From: Zygophlyctis sp. KS116
Taxonomy: Eukaryota; Fungi; Chytridiomycota
Assembly (NCBI GenBank): GCA_054661495.1
Contig: BAAFSQ010000348.1
Location: 1 to 9,394, forward strand
DNA: 9,394 nucleotides
Direction of reading: 5' to 3'
Below the pieces are notes generated by a model. The model was not told the origin of the DNA, ran no database searches, and was given only the letters and a program-made list of their open reading frames with translations. The position numbers and the translations under genes were made by a program. Each line of letters starts with the position of its first letter. Within the stretch, counting starts at the first letter, position 1. Positions 1-8,600 of this stretch are shown piece after piece.

Positions 1-2
1 TC

Positions 3-71
3 CTGAATTCGATTGATGATGGATCTGGAAAAATGAGGGAAGAAGCATTGGACTTGCTATCAAATATTTAA
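3..71 (+). CDS. Probable 3' end of an upstream gene (partial; ...LNSIDDGSGKMREEALDLLSNI*), product unknown
   Basis: Frame 3 is open from the window edge to TAA at 69-71 and looks coding-like. It is too short to identify. Confidence 0.45.
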   Translation: MNSIDDGSGKMREEALDLLSNI

Positions 72-127
72 AGATTGGACTTGCTATCAAATATTTAAAG
101 ATTGGACTTGCTATCAAATATTTAAAG
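47..127. repeat. Exact tandem repeat, 3 x 27 bp (ATTGGACTTGCTATCAAATATTTAAAG)
   Basis: Identical copies at 47-73, 74-100 and 101-127 with no spacers. Confidence 0.97.
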
Positions 128-144
128 AAAATTTTTTTGTTGCA

Positions 145-2840
145 ATGAAAGTTTCGTTTGACCTGAAAAGCAATTCTTTCTGTGAATTTTACAAGAATGA
201 TATACCAAACTCTATAAAGAGCTGTTACAAGCCAAATAAACCAGAGATAAACAAGAATTCTGCAAGAAATTCTAAAAAAAAGAATAGGAAGAAATTTAGG
301 AATGCATTGTCTGAATTCATTGGAAAACTTTACATTTTGTCTCCTCAAGAACAGAAAAAGGAAATTAAAGAATTTGTTGGAGCAAGAAATTTAACAAGGG
401 AAGAATCAGTCTCACTCACCTTAAATATCTTGAATGGACTTTCTAATTATAAAGCTCTATCAAGAACAGACTCTAAAATAGACTTGAATTCACTTCAGGA
501 GTCTACAACTTACGACTCTGTTGCTCCCCACACAGCTGATTCTGACCTAGCCGAAGCCGCTGACTCTAGCCCAAACGCTGACGGTCTTTTGAAAACGGAT
601 TCGGAGGAATATTTAGCCGCTGATATTCCAGTTCATATTCCTGCCCCATGCGAAAAACCGCTAAAGTTTGATTTTTATCAAACAGGACAGAATTTAGTTG
701 TTATTTTCTATATTAAGAATGTTAAATCCTGCACAATGGATTTTATAGATGATAGGAAAATTAGAATGGAGACATGCTCCAGGATCATGGAATTGGAGTT
801 TGATAGAGATTTAGAAAAAGATGGAATTGTTCAAATCTGTGAATTTAATCTGAAAATTGGGATTAAAAAGTTGGATAAGGAAAATGTATACTTTAAGATT
901 ATTAAAAATGATTTTAAAGAAGCTGTCCAATCTATTCAAAATTCAATCAGTACTAAAAAAGAGAATACATATTTAAAAGAGTCTAATAGAGAGTCAAATA
1001 GTCTGATAAAATCTAATGGAAAATCCGCAGAAATTGGAGGATTATTACCACAATACGTTAATAATAGACCACTGAAAGAGTTTGGTGAAAATGCTCATCC
1101 GCTGCAAAATGTTTGTGGGCTTTTAAATCCAGGAATTGTATATTTTGGTTGTTAATCTATAGGATTGTTACATTATTACAATTATTCAATGCTTGTTTTC
1201 CATAAAGTCTTTTACAGATTTACTTTCTCATGGAAGATTTCTTTCTGAAATTAATGTAGACAATCCTCTTTCTAGTAGCAAAGGTCAAATGTCAATATGT
1301 CTGGCTAACGTCCTGTCAAGAATGATTGACCAGAACAGGCCTTTTGTCTTAACTTCTGTGAAAAGATCAATTGCGAAATTCTGGGGATTGTATGATCCGC
1401 ATCAGCAGCAAGATGCGGAAGAGATTTTAAATTTCTTTTTAGATACGTTGCATGAAGAGCTAAATAATGCTCCAAGAACAAAGTATTCTCCACGGGAAGA
1501 TTTGCCAGATATGGAACTGGCCGATGAATATTTCAAGTCACATTCTTTACTAAATCAATCACTTATAGCAGATACATTTCAAGGCTTTTATAAAAGCAAA
1601 TTGACTTGTTCCAAATGCGGATATGAGTCGAGAAAGTTTGAACCGTTCATGAATTTGTCAATTGAAGTTCCTGCTCCTCCTACGCTTCTTGATGTATTAG
1701 TCATTGATTCAATATCAAATTTATCAAAACGTCGAATATCTATACCCGTCCAAAAAACTTTTCTAATGAAAGAGATTTATAAAAATATTCTTGCTAGATT
1801 AGGCACAGTAGACAATGTTGATATAATTGGAGTTGTCATACAAAATATGAAAATCACCCATATTGTAGATAAAGAAAAACCTCTTTCGCATTATTATGAT
1901 TCTCTGGATAACGTTGTTTAGTAACTTGATTTTTTTAATTAATTTTTAGTTATTCGGTGCTCCAAAATCTGCCTTATGTGTTGGCGGAACATTCTATTGT
2001 GGATACAGACTCCTCAATAGTTGAGACTTTTGGGATTCCTTTCATTACTAGTGTGGATTGTATTGGTCAGTGTGATTCAAAGCTGATCAAGGAACGGATT
2101 ATGACCATTCTAACAAAAAGGTTTGATTTTATAATTTTTATATTTAGCATAGTGAAACCACCTCTAAATTCCATTGATTTATTTGATATCGTATTTCATT
2201 CAGACGATAGTGATCAAGATTCAACTTTTGATTTACAACCCCATTCAATCATTCAAATTAAACTGTTATGGAAATCAAAGAAAATCAAAGATTTTTATTA
2301 TCAAGAAGAAAACGATTTTCAAGTAGTAATTTGCTTTCTTTAACACGAAATTAGATTTCAGAAAATGATCATCAGCCTTGCTCAAATAATTTTACATTGG
2401 ACGATTGCCTCCGTCATTTTTTCCAAGAAGAAGTAATTGAGTGGCGCTGTGAAAAATGCAAAGAAGAAGTCCAAGCTACCAAAAAACTGGATCTATGGAG
2501 CTGTCCTGACCTACTGATTATTCATTTGAAGCGATTTGCATATAACATAAAATATCAAAGATGGATTAAACATAACACTTTGATAGATTACCCTGTATCA
2601 GATTTCGATTTATCTTCATTCAGGGTACACCCTGATCAATCTGATATATATGATCTTGTAGCGGTAAGTAATCATATGGGAAGTATGGACAGAGGTCACT
2701 ACACCGCTTTTGGTCAACGAGGATCTAAATGGTATCATTTTGATGATGAGGTTGTAGTAGAAGTCAAGAAGGAAGATCTCGTGGGTGCCAGTGGATACAT
2801 TTTATTTTACCAGAAAAGATCACAAAACATAATAATTTAA
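145..2840 (+). CDS. Ubiquitin-specific protease (peptidase C19) with a CS (CHORD-SGT1/p23-like) domain before the catalytic domain; USP19-like architecture; about 861 aa; exons 145-1137, 1163-1920, 1950-2120, 2148-2325, 2355-2840
   Basis: Splicing joins four ORFs in frame. Motifs: Cys box GLLNPGIDCYIITIIQCL (Cys codon 1166-1168), QQQDAEE box, Zn-finger pairs CSKC and CEKC, LIIHLKRF, and His box YDLVAVSNHMGSMDRGHYTA followed by WYHFDD. A CS-like start FDFYQTGQNLVVIFYIKNV lies at about 667. The catalytic domain is split by a long insertion, as in USP4/11/15/19. Confidence 0.92.
1138..1162 (+). other. Spliceosomal intron, 25 nt (USP intron 1, phase 0)
   Basis: GTATAT...TTAATCTATAG. Removal restores the USP Cys box (NPGI|DCY). 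Confidence 0.92.
1921..1949 (+). other. Spliceosomal intron, 29 nt (USP intron 2, phase 2)
   Basis: GTAACT...TTAATTTTTAG. Joins ORF 1193-1921 to the frame of ORF 1957-2343 (VVYYSVLQ). Confidence 0.88.
2121..2147 (+). other. Probable in-frame, stopless intron, 27 nt (USP intron 3, phase 2)
   Basis: AAG|GTTTGA...TATTTAG, extremely T-rich, same size class as the others. Retention would give the odd hydrophobic run RFDFIIFIFS in a soluble domain. Confidence 0.65.
2326..2354 (+). other. Spliceosomal intron, 29 nt (USP intron 4, phase 0; an alternative donor at 2323 gives 32 nt)
   Basis: GTAATT...TTAAC...ATTAG. Joins to the frame of ORF 2397-2840 (ISENDHQPCSNNFTLDDCL). Confidence 0.85.
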
Positions 2841-2852
2841 GCAACAACTTTT

Positions 2853-2858
2853 AATAAA
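2853..2858 (+). promoter_or_regulatory. Candidate polyadenylation signal AATAAA for the USP gene
   Basis: AATAAA 12 nt downstream of the TAA at 2838-2840. The hexamer is common in AT-rich DNA. Confidence 0.35.
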
Positions 2859-2980
2859 AGAAAATATTATTTTAAAACTCTCTGTGTATCGATTGTCTAT
2901 CTTGGAGCATGAAACAGTTGCATCGGGTATTGTAACCAAGAAATGGAAATAGACACGGTTTTGCCGAAAAGCGTCCGAAA

Positions 2981-4710
2981 ATGAGCGATAAGAAATCTCC
3001 TCCATCATTCATTAAATCCATATCTGACACAATACTACTCTCTACAAAGCTTTCTTTTTCCGATACAACTCAGATACATCCATATGAGAAAATCGGCCAA
3101 AAGGAACTTGGTCAACAACCAACGCGAAAGCTGCATACATTTACTTCATTGATACAGATTGGCGGCTCATTGACAATATTTGCATCAGTATTGATCATCG
3201 TACTTACTACTTGGCTAGCCAATGAGAAGATAAGCTACACCAAGGTATATCGGGATACAATTGTCACAGAATTTGATGGTTGGGGAACATCGCTGGCTTG
3301 GTGGGCAGAGTTTATCGGTTCGCTAGATGAGCAAAGACGCAAGGAATTTATATCCAGAGTTTTTCATCCATCGAACGAGGACAGTCTCCAGTTTAATATA
3401 ATTCGATTTAATATGGGAGGGGCTCCAGAAATCTTACCGAATGGTACTACTGTAGATGTTGATTTTTCCCCATTTAAAGGTATACCTTCTTTGGAGCTTT
3501 CGAATCGTACATATGACTGGAATGCGGACACTTTTCAACTTTCGGTAGTTCAAGATATACTTTTATTGAATAACAGTTCAATGATAATAGAGGCATTTTC
3601 TAATTCCCCGCCGTGGTGGATGACAAAAAGTAAAAACTCCATGGGTAATTTCGATGGATCAGATAATCTGGATTTAGTTAATTACGTACGTTTATTAATC
3701 TTATCGTAGACAATATTTGCTGATTACATAGCGAGTGTTATAGATCATGCAATTAATGTATGGAATATCCCAATTCAATATGTAGAGCCATTCAATGAGC
3801 CTGATGAAAATTTTTGGAGGATACGTCCAAACAGTCAGGAAGGAAATCATTGGGATCAAAGCTCAATGAGAACTTTTTTGCCTATATTAAGCGAATCTTT
3901 AAAATCAAAAAAATTGAATGATAGAGTTATACTTTCCATTACAGATTCCTATTCTATTAGAGCTGCAATGTCATCTTTGAATACATTTACTGATTTTATC
4001 TACAAAGCAAATGTACATGGATATGGTAGATTTTGGAATTTACAAGTCTCTGAAATGGATGATCTGATTCAAAGAGTCCGAAAAAGAAATAATATAAGAA
4101 AGGTTTGGATGTCCGAATCAGGTGGTTATGGTCTTGGAGACCAAGGAGTGGTTGATTTTGCATTTGATATCATTAATCATATAAACATTTTAGAAGCAGA
4201 GGCTTGGATTTACTGGCAAGTACTAGATCAGTCATCATCATGGGCTCTAATCGTGATTTCTGAGAGATATCCCTGGTGGTTCTCTCAATATAACTATAAC
4301 CCATACAATACCATGAATTTCTATACAATGCAACAATTTAGTAACCATATAAAACCAGGATATAGTATTTTAAAAACATCGCAAAGTATTTTTAAGGATG
4401 ATTGCTCACCAGTATGCGTATTAACTGCCTCATCTTCAATCGATGGGGTTTTGAAGAAAATCGTAGTCGTTCTGCTTAACAATAGCCCGAAATCGTATGA
4501 TCATAATATAGATCTCTCAGATGTGATGAATCTTAACAATCAAACTATAATAGACTGTATTTGATTATTCTTTAAATACTAGGTTTTAGGACTGCTGAAT
4601 GGAATGGAAATCAACATAAAAGAATAGAGAATTGTGCAAGAATCAGACCAAACAATGCAATCAAAGTACTTTTATTTGGGCTTTCAGTCACTACGATTGA
4701 AGTATATTGA
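2981..4710 (+). CDS. Glycoside hydrolase family 30 (clan GH-A), endo-beta-1,6-galactanase-like (GH30_5-like), with an N-terminal membrane anchor; about 559 aa; exons 2981-3685, 3710-4556, 4583-4710
   Basis: Motifs: FDGWGTSLAWWA, FNIIRFNMGG, EAFSNSPPWWMT, FADYIASV, acid/base EPFNEP (Glu 3797-3799), QEG, nucleophile WMSESG (Glu 4115-4117), AWIYWQVLD, FYTMQQFSNHIKPG, and the C-terminal beta strand LSVTTIEV. A hydrophobic segment lies at 3149-3220. Confidence 0.88.
3686..3709 (+). other. Spliceosomal intron, 24 nt (GH30 intron 1, phase 0)
   Basis: GTACGT...TTAAT...CGTAG. Its acceptor TAG is the in-frame stop, and removal gives NY|TIFADYIASV...EPFNEP. Confidence 0.9.
4557..4582 (+). other. Spliceosomal intron, 26 nt (GH30 intron 2, phase 1)
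   Basis: GTATTT...ATACTAG. Removal adds CFRTAEWNGNQHKRIENCARIRPNNAIKVLLFGLSVTTIEVY*, which fits the GH30 C-terminal RT...SVTT pattern. Confidence 0.82.
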
Positions 4711-5598
4711 CCTGATTTTCAGCCCCATCATCACACCAATAGTCAAAATCAGAATAGTTGCTGTGCAAATGGACGTGTAATAAACCAAATTCGCTTCATA
4801 TCCTGGCCAAGTCTTTATTTGAGATCCTTGAGAAATTCCAAACAATGCCCAAACAATTACTAAACCGAATAAAAGATCTTTTTGTACAAAAACGAAAAGC
4901 ATCGCCATTAGCATCAAGGCCAAAATCGCCAAAATGGATAAACCAATATTTTGGAAAGGATCTGATTTAGAGATTGGCAGAAAAGTTAAAAACATGCTAA
5001 CAATCGTTGCACAAGTCACCCAAGCAAAATACAGAGAAAAGGGAATGAATACAATCAAATATTCATAATCAGACTGCTTCATCTTTGGAAGAAGAGGGCT
5101 TCTTTCCGAATCTGAGCGATCTGTTGTAATCTGAGGTTCCTCATCACTTTCCACATCATCATTCGATGCATTCGCTATATTGATATAAATGAATGCCAGA
5201 ACCTGCCATAGTAAAAATATAACAAAGAATGAAGCACAATAATTTCCCATTGGCCAAATCAATAACCAGAATGCATTCAGAAGAGTTGAAATCACAAAAT
5301 AGAAATGCACACCTTGATTGATCAGTTTAGAATTCATTGACTGGGGAAGGAGCTGATAGACAATAAAAGCCAGCAATGCAGAATATATCAATGCTACGAT
5401 TAGATAGTTCAACATACCCCAAATCGAAAATGCCCACGGAGCCGGTGAGATCCAAGTTTGTAACTGATTGGTGGCACCAACCTTAGCATATCGATTAATC
5501 ACTAAGTCAATGACAAATATCAATGCATTTAGAATTCTCTCTGTTAGTATCAAGTATTTATTTTCAAATGCTTCAAACAAGAAATTCAAGAAAAACAT
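4684..5598 (-). CDS. Multi-pass membrane protein, TspO/MBR-related ('tryptophan-rich sensory protein'-like); about 296 aa; exons 5598-5418, 5393-4684
   Basis: TWISPAPWAFSIWALIY after splicing (T-x-I-[TS]-PA-xx-F-x-IW-x-LIY pattern), LLNAFWLLIW, PFSLYFAWVTCAT, DLLFGLVIVWALFGI, and about 8 hydrophobic segments. The start codon is uncertain. Confidence 0.75.
   Translation of the reverse strand: MFFLNFLFEAFENKYLILTERILNALIFVIDLVINRYAKVGATNQLQTWISPAPWAFSIWGMLNYLIVALIYSALLAFIVYQLLPQSMNSKLINQGVHFYFVISTLLNAFWLLIWPMGNYCASFFVIFLLWQVLAFIYINIANASNDDVESDEEPQITTDRSDSERSPLLPKMKQSDYEYLIVFIPFSLYFAWVTCATIVSMFLTFLPISKSDPFQNIGLSILAILALMLMAMLFVFVQKDLLFGLVIVWALFGISQGSQIKTWPGYEANLVYYTSICTATILILTIGVMMGLKIRSIYFNRSD
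5394..5417 (-). other. In-frame, stopless intron, 24 nt (TspO-like gene, phase 1)
   Basis: Minus strand GTATGTTGAACTATCTAATCGTAG has a canonical donor, a CTAAT branch-like motif and a TAG acceptor. Removal restores the conserved SIWxLIY motif. Confidence 0.85.
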
Positions 5599-5650
5599 CA
5601 GGAAGCTTCTCGCAAGAAAACAAGATTATTGGTATTAAAACCTAACGTGG

Positions 5651-8600
5651 TTAATTAGCCATATTCTTCAACTGAGATAAATTCGATGAACCCGTAGCTT
5701 CCGCCAATTTATAAAATAGAGAATCTGGGTTTGACAGAAGATTTCGAGGGGAATCGAATTCAACCAATTGCCCACGATCAAGTACAACGACTTTATCAAA
5801 ACCTACAATTGTATTGATTCTATGAGCAATACTGATGACAGTAGAGTCTTTAAAATGTTTTTGAATAGAGGTTTGAATCAGTTTATCTGATTCTCCATCA
5901 ACAGACGCAGTTGCTTCATCCATTATAAGAATCTTTGGACTCTTGAGAATCGCTCGAGCTAAACATAATCTAAAATTAATATGAGCAAATTGTTACAATT
6001 GACGCTGACCTACAGACAGATTATCTCCATTTTCAGTTATCGGTGAATCTAATTTGTTAGGCAGTGATGATATGTAGGTTTTAAGTCCAACCATTTCTAA
6101 TGCACTCCAAAGTTCAGAGTCTTCGTGTTCCTGCTCTATATCGATATTGCTCCTAAATGTTCCAGTAAAAAGAATAGGCTCTTGGCTAATTATTTGCATG
6201 CCTTTTCGGAGAGACTTGAGTCCCATCTTTGAAATATTTTGCCCGTCAATTATAATTGTCCCATTGGTGGGTTCCAATATTCTAAATAAGGCAATTGCCA
6301 GTGTTGACTTTCCAGATCCAGTCCTTCCAACTATGCCAATTTTCTCTTTAGGTTGAACAGAAAAAGAAAGGTTGGAAATTACAGGCCTTTTATCTCCAGT
6401 AGAATAACAAACTTCCAAGTCTTTGAAAGAGATTGCTCCATTCATGGGCCATCTACTATCGGGGTCTCCAGGTAAAGTTCTAGCTGCTTCTTGGTCAATA
6501 TTAGCATATTTATCTAATCTTTCCACAGCATTTAGCTCAGACTCAAGTTGGGATGAAGCTATCTATCATGTCAGAAAAGTTAAATATTTACCAGCAAAAG
6601 ATTAATATTTCCAGTCAGTGCTATGGCGTACGTTAAAGCCAACCCGATAGTAGCAGGTGGTATCGCTGAGCTGACAGCCAAAATGATTAAAAGAAAGGTA
6701 ACAGCAGTAGCCAGTAACTCTATTCTAATATTCACCCAAATTACCGCCGATAGTTTTAAATATGCTGGGGTATTTGATAAATCCATTAAAACCCTTTGTT
6801 TATCTACAAACCTGCTTTCAACCTTGAAGGCTCTAATTGTACTTAAACCTTTCTATAAGCATTATTTATCTTACCGGATAATGATTCACTAACGTGGGCA
6901 TACAAAGGGGATCTTTGTATTGAGTCCAACCTTTTGAGTTCTCTACTACTTCTCTGATAATACTTCAATATAAAAAAGTATATTGTTATCAAGGGGATAA
7001 ATAGACCTATCATTGGCCAGGAAGAATACGTTAGCAAAATAACAATACCACAAACACCTGTAAAACTGATGATAGTTAGGAAGACAAATAGCCAGAGTTG
7101 TTGATCTATACTTTCAACATCTTTTGAAAGACGATTCAGTATTCTACCCACAGGCTGACTATCGTAAAAGCTCATAGGAGCATTGAGAAGGCGCTCTAGG
7201 GCAGCTTTATGAAAATATCTGCTGGCTTTATAAGCCCCAAGTATTATGGATCCATTGAGCAGAAGTGAAAAAAATACCTGCGAGCTTCCAAGGGCTGCAT
7301 ATATATTTAAGCTAGTCACTGTATCCAAATTATATCTATTTTCTGTCCACCATGACAGCCACAAATTAGTAAAAAGTTGAGATAACTGACTTAAAATGGC
7401 TGCCGCCACGATCATAAATATGTAAGGAATTCCACCAGCGGCTTTAAAATAGCTTTTATATGTCGTCCATTCTACAGCGCCAATAACTCGATCTTCATCA
7501 GCGATGATTCCGCCCTTCCCAGCTTCAGCAGATGTCAGTACATCTAAACTTTTATGCTTTTTGGTAGATTCTTTCTCAGGCTCTTTATATTCTTCTACAC
7601 CTTTATAATCCTTCATCATAGAGGCCAATTTTCCATTTACATCCATGAGTTCCTTGAAAGTCCCATGCTCTAAAATTGTACCCGATGCAGATACTAAGAG
7701 TATATAATCTACTTCTGGTAGAACATGCAATTGATGGGTAACAAGGATAACCGATTTAGATTTTAAATACTCTTTTATGGCTTTTTGAAACACATCATTA
7801 CTGACCTGAGCATCTAATGCCGATAATGGATCATCCAATAAATAAATATCTGCATCCTGATATAATGCACGAGCCAGAGCTACTCTAGCCTTCTGACCTC
7901 CACTCAAGTTTACCCCCTTTTCTCCAATTTCAGTCCATTCACCCTGTGAAAATTGTTGCAAGTCTTTCTTGAGCGAACATGAAATCATTATTTGATCAAG
8001 TTTCGCCTGGTCTACGGAATTATTGAATATTATGTTTCCACGGATTGTTTCAGTAAGAATCCAAGGCTGTTGGGCGCAATATGCAATGGAACCATTTACC
8101 AATATTTCCCCTTCCTTTTTTGGCATTTCTCCAATGATCGCTGACAATAATGATGATTTTCCGCAACCTACAGCTCCAACAACTGCAATTAATTTTCCTT
8201 TTGGAAGAGAAAATGAAAGATTTTGGAATGAATACTCCCCTTCTCCAGATTCCACCTTTAAGGGTATTTCCTCTGGTAAAGTTTTTGCAGACTTTAATTC
8301 ACCATCCTGAATACTGTAAACTTTATCCCATTTAAATGAGGCATTTTTGAAGACTATACAATCAGTTTCAGAATATGTTTGATTTTTTTGCACTAGCTCA
8401 TCCGCCATTAAAAAATCCCTGATACGTTTCCAAGACACAATTGCTAATACCACTTGTGACAATGCAGCAGGAGCTACAAGTAAAGGCTGAAACAAAATGT
8501 TAAATAAAGCCAACGCAGGAAATATAATCTGTGGCTGCAATATCCCATTCATTTTAGAATACACACTAAAGGCAACAATAGGCATTGTCACTGGTGTAAC

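Noticed and set aside
47-127. CRISPR array
   Set aside because: The repeats are contiguous with no spacers, no cas genes are present, and the context is eukaryotic.
3245-3269. GTATAT...CACAG, a 25-nt intron-like segment in GH30 exon 1
   Set aside because: Removal would frameshift the TM segment from the catalytic domain, and the retained reading fits the first GH30 beta strand.
3707-3709. Stop-codon readthrough or reassignment at the in-frame TAG (and the TAA at 5993-5995)
   Set aside because: Both fall within intron-like segments. Long exons have no internal stops.
5541-5549. TACTAACAG on the minus strand as branch point plus acceptor of another intron
   Set aside because: No GT donor at 24-29 nt, and the nearest one (38 nt) gives the wrong phase with the 5598 ATG. 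Left unresolved.
6001-6021. Degenerate ABC signature LSVGQ in NBD2 (and DD Walker B in NBD1) as a novelty
   Set aside because: This asymmetry is normal for ABCC transporters.
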